From positions 64,988,464 to 65,052,463 of the forward strand of contig NC_043011.1 of assembly GCF_006345805.1 (NCBI RefSeq): 64,000 nucleotides of DNA. Reading direction: 5' to 3'. This document shows positions 1-13,429 of the stretch, piece after piece (the first letter of the stretch is position 1; each line of letters starts with the position of its first letter). The notes under the pieces are model-generated. The model saw only the letters and a program-made list of their open reading frames with translations. It did not search any database and was not told the DNA's origin. The DNA is from Octopus sinensis (taxonomy: Eukaryota). Made by a program: the position numbers and the translations under genes.

Positions 1-249
1 AATAATTCGATATTAATTATACAAGGATGTTGCTGTTCACAGGTGGGTCGTCGGAAAAGTTCATTGGCTAAATCTTAAGGAGAAATGCTAGAGTTGTGAA
101 TACTTGCGTCCATTCATTTGAACGGTATTTATTAATTGCTGCATGGTTTTTTTTCCCAAATTAATCGATGCATGATTGTTCAGAGATATTTCAATATGTT
201 GCAAGTACAAATGTTTATGGATGGCAGACTGATTACTATAAATCGAACA

Positions 250-930
250 CTTAATGATATTAAAATATCCCGTGAAAAAATTTCTGAATAATCTTCCCAA
301 GCTTGTCACGACAAAGATTTCTTTTCCATGTGTCTTCGTATTCTTACACCTGACCAAAAGCAAACCAGGCAGAACACGTCACGAGGAAATCTGATATTGT
401 TTGAAGCAAGTGCAGTTGATTTCCTTGGATGTTGACTAACAAAGCATGAGTGTTACCTTTATCACTCTGAACAAGAGAAAACGACACAAATACAAGCAGT
501 GGAAACACCGCTACAGACCTATTCCTAAGAAGGCCAAGTTGTTTCATTTGCAGGGAAAGTGGTTGACGCAGACTATTGTGATGCAAAGTAATTGTGCTTA
601 TTGACTACCTTCAAAACCGCCAGAGTAGTTTGCCAATTAGCTGAGGAACGTACAAGTGGCTATCAATAAAAGATTCCTAGAAAATTGCTACCAGCAAAAA
701 CGTCATTGCTTTCGATGGCTGCGGATCTTTGGACTGGTTGATTACGCAAATGATTCCTCTGATCTGGTCCTACCTGGCTGATATCTACGCCCGAAAGTGA
801 AGAAAAGAAGACTGGGGTCCTTTATCTCTTTGACGGTGAAACGACATCCACTGTTGATGAAAATTTCGCGCAGCAGGATTAAGCTTTTTATCTCTGGGAT
901 CAATGCACGAAACCAGTTCTGGAAATATGA
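250..930 (+). mobile_element. Decayed mariner transposase relic inside the last intron; paralogous copies at about 18380-18740, 20400-21090, 48130-49150 and 63220-63910
   Basis: Degenerate reading resembling mariner KVIVLIDYLQKGHNING...DNAPAH...YSPDL in all copies; boundaries approximate. Confidence 0.75.
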
Positions 931-1506
931 GTGAACTGCTATGTTTTACAATCCATCAGAGAATTCAGTGTGAACGTTTCAGTCAATTGTCTTATATTCA
1001 TCTTCATAAATTAATGTTGCGATATACCAACCAGTTTGGTGAGCTAATTCCTTATGACCTTCAATTTGAAACCGAAACATTAGTAGAAATATTAGAGGGA
1101 TTCAATAAATTCATCGCAAAGCAGTCAGTGTGACGCAAGATGACGACGACATACAAGTTAATCTCTGTTTAAGCGATGACTAATTCACTTATTGCTGCTT
1201 TATTAAGACGTAGTGCACAAAATATGAATCAAAACACTTGAGGCATGATAAACTTCTAGAAGCGTTGTATTAAGCCGCATGCGTTTCATATTTTATAACA
1301 ACTTTTCGTGTCCTACAGTAATTTCCGAATTAGAGCAGAATTATTTCCTTCAAGTAGATAGCGTGTCAGTAAACGTAACAGGAAATCATAGTCTTTGTAT
1401 CATAGTGATATCACGATTTATAAAGTAATGACATATTTTGCTGTTATCTTAAACGTTGCAGAACAATAAACAATTTTGAAGAATTATTTACAATAAAATA
1501 ACCTAC

Positions 1507-1533
1507 CGGTTTTTTAACAGTAGTGGGTTTTTT
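1507..1533 (-). CDS. Six-Cys family unit A, linker microexon (KKPTTVKKP)
   Basis: ttttctttttctgttttttacag|27 nt|GTAGGT; phase 0/0; same position in the conserved intron scaffold as the microexons at 19289, 21863 and 49629. Confidence 0.7.
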
Positions 1534-2068
1534 CTGTAAAAAACAGAAAAAGAAAATGTACTTTCGGAAGTAAATCCTACAAATCCATATGAATTGTATG
1601 TCCACACATGCAGGTTAAAGTTATACATTAATTTTAACATACAAGGCTCATTATAAAGATTCCTTAATATTCACGGCATGCCCATTGAGTAATTAGATGC
1701 AGTCATCAACTGTATCAACCTATCTTAACATTGCAAACTCTATTCGATCTGGGATTGTGAAAAAATTGTAATGAATTAAATGTAATGTAAATCTCCGTTT
1801 ATTTGCAGATATCCTGAAGTTAGGCTGAAAGGTATAATAACTGCTTGTGTTTATAGAAACGAGCATTTTGTTATCAGAAGCCAGTTGCTCTTGAATATAA
1901 TTATGACTCATGATTCTCGTACGTATGAAAATATTCCAATAGTGTCGATTACAATTAATAGTACAGGCACTCTCGTTACAAGTAAAAATATTAGTTTAAA
2001 AAATTAGTTTTTTATTTACAAGAACAATGGAACACAAAAACTTAATATAGTGATAACAACTGACTTAC

Positions 2069-2152
2069 GGTACACCTGGTATTCGTTACAAACTCTGTAC
2101 TACAATGAGGAGCGACGGAAGAGCGAAAGCAGTTTGCAAACTTTCGTACATC
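2069..2152 (-). pseudogene. Six-Cys family unit A, exon 3 (MYE-FANCFRSSVAPHCSTEFVTNTRCT), 1 nt shorter than its paralog (frameshift)
   Basis: tttgcag| ... |GTAAGT; 84 nt versus 85 nt for paralog 22443-22527; three Cys align; the deletion lies in GAAAG, so it is either a real frameshift or an assembly error. Confidence 0.8.
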
Positions 2153-2213
2153 CTGCAAAGGAAATTTGAGATGAAAACTCCAGAAGTACATATATATATA
2201 TATATTATATATA

Positions 2214-2278
<65 letters not shown>

Positions 2279-2460
2279 ATATATATATGAATACATAGGT
2301 AGATAGATAGATGGATAGATACATACATACATACATACATATATACATACATACGCATACAACAAAAAACACACCCACACACACATATATATATATATAT
2401 GTATGTATATATATGGGTGTGTTTTTGTTGTATGCGTATGTATGTATGTATGTATCTATA

Positions 2461-3130
2461 ACGGGCATGGGACAACAATAAGCTGACCAAGACCACTAAA
2501 ATGAAGATCTACCAGGCATGTGTACTCAGCACTCTACTGTATGGAAGTGAGACCTGGACGCTATACACACGCCAAGAGCGTCGCCTAAACATCTTTCACC
2601 TGCGCTGCCTCCGAAAAATCCTTCGTATCAAATGGCAGAATCATATCCCCAACAAAGATGTCCTCAGGGAAGCAGGAATACCAAGCATGTTTGCACTCCT
2701 CACACAAAGACGTATGAGATGGCTTGGGCTTGTTAGCCGTATGAAAGATGGCAGAATCCCCAAGGACATACTCTACGGAGAGCTTGCTAGGGGTACTAGG
2801 TCTGTGGGTAGACCGATCTTACGTTACAAGGATGTTTACAAAAGGGACATGAAGGCCTGCAACATCAATATTAGCGGTTGGGAGGCAGTTGCCGGCAACC
2901 GTGGAGAATGGCGACGTACCGTAAGAGAGGGAATACAAAGGAATGACATAGAGAGAGAGAGAAGAGAAATGGAAAGACAAGAAAAGACGTCAACAAGAAA
3001 CTATGACATTACAACCAGCCAGGAACAGTCGTCGCTACATTTGCGTTACCTGCCAGAGGGAGTGTTTGTCAAGGATAGGACTACACAGCCACAGCAGGAA
3101 ATGTATCAGGACATGAAATGTAAAAGCCGG
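2461..3130 (+). mobile_element. RTE-clade LINE 3' fragment (C-terminal part of RT ORF), inserted in a (TA)n tract
   Basis: IYQACVLSTLLYGSETW...RLNIFHLRCLRKIL...RRMRWLG..RMKDGRIPKDILYGEL motif. Confidence 0.9.
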
Positions 3131-3163
3131 ACTAGATTATTTTATGCCAACAACAACCATATA

Positions 3164-3213
<50 letters not shown>

Positions 3214-3744
3214 CATGTGGCAGGGGGTCAAATCTTCATGCAATATCTGGCCACTTCTTGAAATTGCACATTAGATCTATAATGGTGTCTGGTGTGACCT
3301 TTTTAATCAATGTTTTGTCAAGACACACAAATAAATTGCGTATCTGCTCGGGAACTTCAAGGGCTGCGGTTCAAATATTCATGAATCTGAAAATGTCAGA
3401 AGATTCCGGTAGATTTCCTGAGATTATGGTGTGAAAGGCATTATCAGGTACACACAGATACAAAGGCAGAGTAGTTGGTGGTTTTTCATTTTCCGTGGGT
3501 TCGCAAATGAGATTCACAAAAGAATCGCATGTTCTCTCACAAATTATTCAGAAAAAAAGGGTGGTTGGAATACATTTTCTCATTGATCGAAGCATCTTTA
3601 AAAAATCTATTTTGAGTTTCGCATTGGTCATTCTGGTTTCTTGAAAACCGCGCTCTCCATTTCACAATTTTGATAACCTTTAGCTCGATATGGAGCAATG
3701 AATTCTATGGCATTTGAATAATTCCCAAGTAACATATCTATATC

Positions 3745-3876
<132 letters not shown>

Positions 3877-3933
3877 TAGGGAGATGTACTCGCATAGCAA
3901 GTAATTTGATCTGAGATCGTGTGCTGAAACGAA

Positions 3934-4163
3934 AACAATTGCAGCGTGGAAGGTGTTTATAAGCCATTTAAGAAACACACAAAAGCCGTTCGATTCACTT
4001 CAACATTTAAGTTTAATTTGTCGAAATATTTTCGTCGCTAAAATCCGCTACCTGTTCACTGACAAAAATATTTTGACAAATTAAACTTAAATGTTGAAGT
4101 GAATCGAACGGCTTTTGTGTGTTTCTTAAATGGCTTATAAACACCTTCCACGCTGCAATTGTT
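3934..4163. repeat. Fold-back inverted repeat (about 100-bp arms, about 24-nt spacer) of a Penelope-type terminal fragment, between (TA)n tracts
   Basis: 3934-4036 is the near-perfect reverse complement of 4061-4163. Confidence 0.85.
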
Positions 4164-4174
4164 ATATATATATA

Positions 4175-4233
<59 letters not shown>

Positions 4234-4646
4234 TATATGTACATATATGTAGATGCATATATAAATATATATACATTAATATATACATACACGTATACAC
4301 GTATATACTTGCTGCACGTATATACTTGCATCTGTACGTGAAATTCTTCTGAAATCCATTTGAAGTTAATGCTTCATGCGAGCAAGAATATTGTTGACAC
4401 ACACTTCATCATTTCAACGAGACGTCGTCGTCGGAAAATTCTATCTCAATGGAGAGTACATAACGCGAAAATAAACTTCAATCCATTGCATTCCGCTTTT
4501 GGCTTAACTCAGCGAAGGATCGAACTCACTCGCATCACTTATATGTATTTTAACAAGTTGTAAAAATGCCTTTGGTTTATTTTTTGAGCAGTGTCTAATT
4601 CTTCCTCTGTTTTATTTTGCTTGTTTTTTTCCCTTCCTCTCTTTCA

Positions 4647-4679
<33 letters not shown>

Positions 4680-5854
4680 GCTCTCTCTGTCGTTCCCTAA
4701 TACACTCCTTAATCACCTTTGTCGCTTTGCACTCCACGAAACTTTGTCTCTGTCTTCTCACTATCACGTGGCCCTGGCAATCTATGTCTATTCCATTCTG
4801 TTTCCGTTTGCCTTTGAATATTTCGGTCGCCCTACTTTCTATTTCTTCACCATTTTCCAAACGATTTATTTACATCTTCATTTGTGTTCAGTCTCCCTCT
4901 CTTCCATACTCTCGTTTTATAAAATATTTTTATTCTCCTTTGCGTTACGCATATTCCCCAGTTTTCCTGACACACGGCTTTACTGTTGCATTTGTATGAT
5001 TATTATAATTATTTCTGTTTTGTTTGTATTCGTCTTTGCCCTGTACGTTTCTTTAGCAATTCCCACTAGCGCCAGAAAGAGGGAAAGGTATCAAAGATAA
5101 TGGTGCGAAACCGGTATGAACACTTTGATGTTGAGTGTTTAAAAATTAGCGACGAATATTCTGGTTTTTATACTTTTGTGAAATTTTGCATTTTTTATGG
5201 TTTTGACAAATGTTCTGCTTTGTTTTTTTTTCTTTTTGTCAAATATTCTATTTGTATGTGTTTGGTAATTTCCCCGCTTGTATTTTTAGTAAATCCTTGA
5301 ATTATATAAGTATATATCTATATATCTATCTGTCATATCTCTCTCTTATCTATCGATCGGTCTATCAATCTATCTATTTATCAGTTCCACTGAAGTAGTT
5401 AGGCAAGCATATAAAATTAAATGATTCGTAATTATGTTTAATTAAATTCCTTGGAAAGATTTGATGAATTCAACTATTTTCAGTAAACCACAGAAATGGT
5501 AAATTTTACGAATAATAAATGACTAAATTTTATTGTTACTATTCTCGCTATAAAATATCTCACAAATATTATAGAGTAATATATTTAGAGTAATATATTG
5601 AGTGAAAAATAATCAACTTTGACGGACAGATAACAAAGATGTTAAAATTATCCTATGCATTGTAGTAAATTCAAATAAAATTCATTGATAAGTTTGGAAG
5701 ATTGAAATATATGAATGAAGCATGAGTAATATTGAAGAGTATCATTTACATATCTTTGGAGATATGATATATGTATATTAAATCATTCTCTCGCTCTCCC
5801 ATCTAATTCAATTAATAACACACACACACACAATTATATATGTATATGTGAGAA

Positions 5855-6077
5855 AGGCGGCGATATGGCAGAAACGTTAGCACGCCGGGCGAAATGCGTA
5901 TTTCGTCTGCCATCACGTTCTGAGTTCACATTCCGCCGAGGTCGACTTTGCCTTTCATCCTTTCGGGGTCGATAAATCAAGTACCAGTTACGCACTGCGG
6001 TCGATGTATTCCACTTAATCCGTTTGTCTGTCCCTGTTAGTCCCCTCAGTCTTTAGCCTCTTGTGGGTAGTAAAGAT
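5855..6077 (+). mobile_element. Octopus-type SINE; related copies at about 48660-48900 (+) and about 42760-42980 (-)
   Basis: ggcggcga..tggcagaa..gttagc...ttccgccgaggtcgactttgcctttcat core shared by the three copies. Confidence 0.75.
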
Positions 6078-6091
6078 ATATATATATATGC

Positions 6092-6156
<65 letters not shown>

Positions 6157-6179
6157 GTATAAATACATAGGAACATATT

Positions 6180-7150
6180 CGGCATGTTTTGTTTTATAAG
6201 TTCAATAAAGGAAACAATGCAACGGAAAGTGTGAGGAATATTAATGCCTGATATGGGAATCGTACGATAAGCCTAAGCCGGTGTGAACGGTGGATTCAGG
6301 TATTCCTAGCCAGACACTAGAGCCTCGTTCTGGATGACCTATAAGGCTGAACGAGGACGTTCTGGAAGCCCTGGTGGAGCAATATCCCTTCAACACCTAC
6401 ATGCCGTCGGAAAAGTCAGCAAGTTGGGTTAATGTTCTCCTCACAAAATTTCCCAGTCATATCGCTTGCAGAGTGTCAATATGTGCTCTGCTCTTCTTTG
6501 TCGTCACATCTCACGAATAAGCCATTTTGGGACCGAATAATGACTCATGGCAAGATACGTGTTGAAGCGTCGATGGCAGCGGATATAGAAACGCGAAAGA
6601 CCGGCATCGCATGCAAAAGATGTCTGCACCCGCGTAAGGCGTTCTTATGCGATTGGGGTGGTTTGAAATGTTTAGTTCATTTCGAGCTAAACGCTCCAAA
6701 CGATTACAAAGGAGATCTAGCGCGCACAATTGATTCGCTTAAGTCAGCACTAGAAGAACAACGACCATCTTTGGTTTCATAAAAGGTGTTCATCCATCAG
6801 GATAATGATCGGTCAGAAGCAGCGAGGATGACTTTCAAACGGCTGGATCAGTTTCAATGGGAAGCGATGCCACAGCTATCATTTTTGAAGGATATTGTCA
6901 CATTTGATTTTATTTATTCCGTATTCGTAGTCTTCAAAATCATTTGGTCGGAAAAATATGAATTCTGTTGACGAGGTCAGAACCGTACTGGGGGAGTAAT
7001 TTTCGCCAGGGACAAGTGAAGTTTCTAAGTGGGACCTTGTAAGAATACTAGATAGATGGAAGAACATTCTAGAAAATGAAAGAGGGTATACTTCATATTA
7101 AAAAATAATTTCATCTAAATTCTGAAAAATACTAAATGCATAAAAGAAAC
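6180..7150 (+). mobile_element. Decayed mariner DNA transposon
   Basis: FWDRIMT..., LHPRKAFLC.W, HQDN.R remnants with stops and frameshifts. Confidence 0.7.
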
Positions 7151-7544
7151 TGATTCATTTGTTAGTGGAAACAATATATTCATTTATCTATGTAACTATC
7201 TATCTATATAGGGAGATCTTACGAAAGAAAAACAGAAGACGAAGACAGGTGCTGTACAAAACAAACAGATGTATTAGTATAACGCTCAAGAATAAAATAA
7301 AACGTATTTTATGTTTCGAGCCTGCGCTCTTCTACAGAAAGGGGCTCAGAAAAAGAAACAAGGAGAGAAAGAAAGAGAGAAAAAATGTGTGTAGTGGCTA
7401 ACGATCTATCATGACGAATGTATATATATCAACTGTATATATATTTATCAATATATATACAGATAGATAGCCTTTATATATCTATCCTGACTATGTTAGA
7501 AATTCGATTACGTATAATATTTTGTGCATGTATTTCTTACTTAC

Positions 7545-7644
7545 TTGCAATCGTCTTTGTTTTTGGCATACTCTAAAAATTCTGACACGCACTTTGATTT
7601 CGCCGAAGTTAAGCACGCTTTATCCACGTTGTTCTCTGAGGAAA
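7545..7644 (-). CDS. Six-Cys family unit A, exon 2 (SSENNVDKACLTSAKSKCVSEFLEYAKNKDDCK)
   Basis: tatgtatag|100 nt|GTAAGT; phase 1 in, phase 2 out; open frame; same length and Cys spacing as 26030-26129. Confidence 0.85.
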
Positions 7645-8223
7645 CTATACATAGAAAATATCGTTTACAGTTCATAAATATGTTCATGTTAAGATTTCAG
7701 ATTAACAGAAATCCCTTGCGGGAAAGGGAGCAGGTGCATGATAGAAATTTCCTTCGAGTTTCATCAAGATATGGGTCTTAACTACTCTGTTCTGTTTTCC
7801 GATAGGGGCGAACGCAGATAAAAACAAAACTCACAGACATGTGTGTGTCTATGTGTATGTTTGTGTGTGTGCGCGTGCATACATATATTTGTATACATAT
7901 ATTTGTATATATATATATATATACACGCGATCACAATTGTCTTGGTATTCATATATATTGGTGTGTATATATGCCGTGCGCGAACAGGATGCCGAATGGA
8001 CTTCTGCCGAAGAACGAGATGCTGAACGGGCACAATGTCTAATGGACGCAAAAGTGAACGTTCACCAAACAAAATGAAAAAATAAAACATTTCTACCCAT
8101 ATGATTTAATGCCTGATTCACCAACAGTATCTTGTGCCTTCTGATTTATATCCGTTCAGTTCCTTGGCTCATGCTTCTTCACAAGAGTGCATTCGGCGTC
8201 CTGGCCGTGTAACTTATACACAA

Positions 8224-8271
<48 letters not shown>

Positions 8272-8349
8272 TATATATAGATACATATATATATATATAT
8301 ACGTTTAAATATTTGTTGTGCAAGATCTTTTATGTGAAGTCATGTGTTG

Positions 8350-10059
8350 AAACAGATATTGTTATATTTCGGAATGGTCATTTTGCCAGTTTAGCCAATA
8401 AAAACACACGCACTATATATTTGGTGTTATTTTGCTTCAGTGATATTTATTTTTTACATTAATCTTAATCATATTTCGGCCAAAGTTCTTTCGTCACACT
8501 CCTGTGACCGCATCAGTGGTCCTTTGTTTTCTTCTCACTTACTTGCGGGCAATGCCAAATTCAATATTTTGATGGCAGACCTCGTCAGAATAATGAGAAA
8601 TGTGTCACGCATGTGCGAGCCTACAGAATTAAAGTGACACATACAGTATTTCATTCACCGCATGCAGTTCTCAGGTTACAGCCATAAAGAAAGGATCAGA
8701 GTATACAAAGGAGCCATGAAGAAATTTGATAATATATTATGTAATGATAGGAATGGGATTTGCCCACTCTATAGGAACAAGTCATGGAACACTATAGAAA
8801 GGACAAAAAAGAAAATAGGGAAGGCCAACTCTTGGTATGATAGCCATAAATACCAGAGTGTCATGTTCGTTGACACCACCCCTGGAGGTGAACTAGCGTA
8901 CCGCTTTAGAAGGACCCTAGATAAACTTAAACTAAGAATTAATGTTGTTGAAAAGCCAGGCAACCCTATCAGATCTATAATTGGTAGAAGCTCTCCTTTT
9001 AGTAGAACTCTCTGTATGGATAACTATTGCACTGTATGTAGATTTAGCCCACAAACGAACTGTAAAGCCAGAAATGTGGTCTATAGTATAAGATGCATAG
9101 AGGGACGATGCAGTAACAAGACAGTAACATACGTAGGGGAAACTGCAAGAAGCATTGGTGAGCGGGTGAATGAACATTGGAGACAACTCAAGGAAGGTAA
9201 AAGCTCATCGATTCTGTACCAACACGCCGAAACAAGAAACGGGGGATCAATCAATAACATAGAGATTAAGATATTGTCCACACATAGAACAGATGCAACA
9301 ATTAGACAAATTACAGAAGCTACACATATAATAGAAAATAAACCTAGCCTGAATAGAAAACTAGAATGGAGCAATAGCGCACACCACAACATATGACAAT
9401 AGTGGATCCTGCAAACATAATAAATACACAGGTAATTAAAGAAATAGAAATGAATATCTATATATATGTGTATGTGTATATATATGTATATGTATATGTG
9501 TATATATGTGTGTATATATGTATATATATATATATATGTATATGTATATGTATGTATATATATGTATATGTATATTCTTTTTTTTTTCGATTAGATTTAT
9601 TATTATTATTACTAATATTGTTGTTATACATACATACAAGCATATGTAATGATAATAATGGGTGGATGTAAACACATGAACAAAATTAGAACAAAAGCAA
9701 CAACAACAAATACAAAATACAAATTACAAGAATGTATATAACCAGAAGATACAAATATTATAGGCATCCCCCCCACACACACACTAAATAAACATAGACG
9801 CACATAGAGATATAAGCATGCGCAAATGAAGACATACAATATAAATACAAAATGGCTGACGGTTAGTAAGGAGAGACACAAGTAAGTGAGAAGAAAACAA
9901 AGGACCACTTATGCGGTCACAGGAGTGTGACGAAAGAACTTTGGCCGAAATAAGATTAAGATTAATGAAAAAAATAAATATCACTGAAGCAAAATAACAC
10001 CAAATATATAGTGCGTGGTTTTTATTGGCTAAACTGGCAATATGACCATTCCGAAATAT

Positions 10060-10066
<7 letters not shown>
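8350..10066 (+). mobile_element. 5'-truncated Penelope-like element: GIY-YIG endonuclease ORF (8662-9396) with inverted pseudo-LTRs (about 8355-8545 and 9878-10066)
   Basis: VVYSIRC...YVGETARSIGERVNEH...E..I..KPSLN; about 190-bp inverted terminal repeat. Confidence 0.88.
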
Positions 10067-10133
<67 letters not shown>

Positions 10134-11000
10134 TTACTTGAATAAAAACATATAATGAGCATGGAGAAGTTCTTTTGACAGACAAGGTTACATAGGTTTT
10201 ATTATCGAATCTTAGTGTCTTCTTCTAGCTGCAGTATCGGGGCGTTAGAAATGAAGACGGATTTCTAGCGTTCGTTTTATCTGTCCATGTCTTCTACCCA
10301 GTGTTGCTTGCTTCCAGGTACGAATTCAAATATTAGTGGCGTCAAAGCTTTTAAGTATAATAAATTCTGAGAAAGTGCGTGTAATGTGATTGAGGAAATC
10401 CATGCCGTCCCTTATATAGATGAGTCTTAATGAACATAATGTTTTGAGGCGTACACCGAAAAGACGCTTCAGTTGTCGTGTTGGAGCTTGAGTTCCAGCA
10501 AAGGGGCGGTCACAATTTGAGGTCAGTCTCTTTATGTATTGTTTCCTTATAATTCTCTCTTTTTCTACCATCTGCGAAATACCGTAAAAATCTACTCGTT
10601 TTCTAAACAAATTAAACACCGGCCGACTCCCAAGAAAGAATAAGGAAACATTTTAGTGTTATCATTTTCTTTTGGAATTTTATCTTCAAGAGATCGGTGA
10701 AACGGTAGCAAACGCTAACAAAGAATTATCCCAAATTCTGACTGCCACCATATTGATAGATGGATAATTAGATATATGCATATATGCAATTATGTATATA
10801 TGCATAATGTGAGATTAATATATGGAATATTAGGTATACATACATCTGTTGGTTCATCGCTTGACAATTATTTTATTGTACAAAGGAAAAATGTTAATCA
10901 AAAGTACATAGCTAGTATTTACACAGATAGTACCAATTACCAATAACTATGTACAAACTACTGCTTTATTAATTAGTAAAGGAATAAGTGTGATACATAC

Positions 11001-11037
11001 AACATGCGAGAAAGAAAAGAAAGGTAAATATTTTCAT
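11001..11037 (-). CDS. Six-Cys family unit A, signal-peptide exon 1a (MKIFTFLFFLAC)
   Basis: ATG, 37 coding nt, T|GTATGT donor, phase 1; hydrophobic; flanks homologous to 11957-11993 and 41910-41949. Confidence 0.7.
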
Positions 11038-11093
11038 TATGGTTATGTGTCTTATCTATCGCAGTATCTTAACAAAAACAGTCATCTAGATGA

Positions 11094-11106
11094 CTTATTT
11101 TTAATA
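11094..11106 (-). promoter_or_regulatory. Putative TATA-like box TATTAAAAATAAG upstream of exon 1a
   Basis: 13/13 identical to 42002-42014, at a similar distance (about 55-70 bp) from the ATG. Confidence 0.5.
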
Positions 11107-11387
11107 TGAAATACAAGGTAACATATATCACTCGACCGGATTGTAAATGCTTGCAACTGTAAAGATTAAGTAGCCGTGGGGATTATAGAGTCTCCTAACG
11201 TTAACTAAATTATAGCTTTAACCAGCATGTTGTCCAATACTTCATATTGTTCAATAAAATTTCAAGCAGATTCTGTGTTTCTGAGACTGTATCCACAAAC
11301 ATCTTTCAATTCAGCTCAAAGTTACTTCATATATTCATGTGCGTATGTGTTTGTATGTATGCGTTTGTGTGTTTACATATGTATATA

Positions 11388-11466
<79 letters not shown>

Positions 11467-11956
11467 GTGTATATTCATATATATATATATATAATTTGTA
11501 ATTATAATTAAATAGAATTACAGTAGAGGGCTCACACTGTGTCTGCTTATTGGAAAGTGAGCCAAAAGTCTTCAATACACTGAAATATACAACGGACCAA
11601 CAGAAAACGGGTGAGTAACGATTATTAGAATCACCTGAGAACAAAGCAGTAGAATGAAAAATTGGATATACTTGGTTCGTGATTTCGAGCTCTGTTAAAA
11701 GCCTTAACTCTGTTCAACACGTATTATCATAAGAGAAAAATGCACAAACGTCGTTAAAATCCGTGTTGCTCTGAACTATCGCATATCGTAATACTTGCTG
11801 AGGAGAGGACATACATAGGCACAAACTTCAAGTTCAATGTATTTAATGTTAATTGAAAATATAAATATATAGCTAGTTTAGTACACTGATTTGTACACAG
11901 AAATTTATAAAAATTCTTGCATTATTAATTAGTAAAGGAGTCATTGTGATACATAC

Positions 11957-11993
11957 CGTATGCGAGACAGAAAAGTAAGGCAAAGGTTTTCAT
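11957..11993 (-). CDS. Six-Cys family unit A, duplicated signal-peptide exon 1b (MKTFALLFCLAY)
   Basis: ATG, 37 coding nt, G|GTATGT donor, phase 1; lies in a diverged direct duplicate (about 11830-12270) of about 10860-11350. Confidence 0.72.
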
Positions 11994-12559
11994 CGCAGTT
12001 GTGTCTGTTAAGCACGGCGGCAGATTGAGAAAATGTGTCTTCTATTGAATACGAAATCGAATGCAACACGTGTCTCTCGCCAGGATTGTAAATGTTTGCA
12101 AACGTAGAGAGGAAGAAGACGACGGGGTTATAGATTCAGCTAACATTATAACTATAATCAGCATGATGCCCAACACTGCGTATTGCTCACCAATACATCT
12201 AACAAATTCTGGGTTTCTCAAGCGATGCATCCACAAACATCTTGGAACTTAGCCTGAAGACACACTATATATATGTTTATATATGTATGTGTGTAGAGAG
12301 ATGTACGTATATAGGTATATATATATATATAAATTTAAACACATAGAGAATCCCTATAGTGGATTCTCTATGTGTTTAAATATACAGTATATCGTATGAC
12401 TAATATATAGTCACTTTGACTAAAATTTTTTTACGCGTTAGACCACTGGAAATGTAAATTTTGATTGAATGTTTTTAATTTTAATTAAATTCCAAATTCC
12501 CTTTGATATGATTAAATACGGTATATATATATATATATATACATGTGTGTATTTATATA

Positions 12560-12597
<38 letters not shown>

Positions 12598-12616
12598 TGC
12601 ATATATAAATACACAC

Positions 12617-12653
<37 letters not shown>

Positions 12654-13193
12654 AATGTATAGACACTCACACACACACACACATATATATATATATACGA
12701 AATTTATAATTATAATTGTAATTAAGCATAATTACACACCCTCATCTATCTATCAACCACCCTGTTCATGCCTGCTGGCAAATACAGCCTTACGCTCGTT
12801 TTCCGTTTATGCCTCTGTTTTGCAAGATTTCTTGCCGCATTCCAAAACGGCCATCTAGCTTGACTCTCATTTTCAAAGACTGGTCTCGTGCGGTATGAAA
12901 TTACTCTTTGAGCGTCTCTAGTTTCTGCAATAAGTGATTTTATTTTTAGGAGAACGGGTAATTAGGCCGTTGCTCACCCGCTAAACTGGAGGACCAGTGG
13001 ACTATCTTTCGTCTGACTTCTACCCGTCGACCTTATCACCTTGTTTGACCCTACCAGTAGTAAAAGACTCCGGATGATATAGCTCTTCTGGTCATTGAAG
13101 CGCGCAAACACCCCCACCAACATTAAGGCATTAGCCCACGGTGGAGATACGCACACACGCATACATACACACACACACACATATATATATATA

Positions 13194-13235
<42 letters not shown>

Positions 13236-13271
13236 TGTATATATATATATATATATATATACATATATATG

Positions 13272-13302
<31 letters not shown>

Positions 13303-13308
13303 ACACAC

Positions 13309-13340
<32 letters not shown>

Positions 13341-13377
13341 ATATATATATACATATATATATATACACATGTATGTT

Positions 13378-13429
<52 letters not shown>

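Noticed and set aside
903-1133. Plus-strand 76-aa ORF in the region conserved among paralogs
   Set aside because: The frame is not preserved in the copies at about 18750, 21100 and 49170; conservation is explained by duplication of intron DNA
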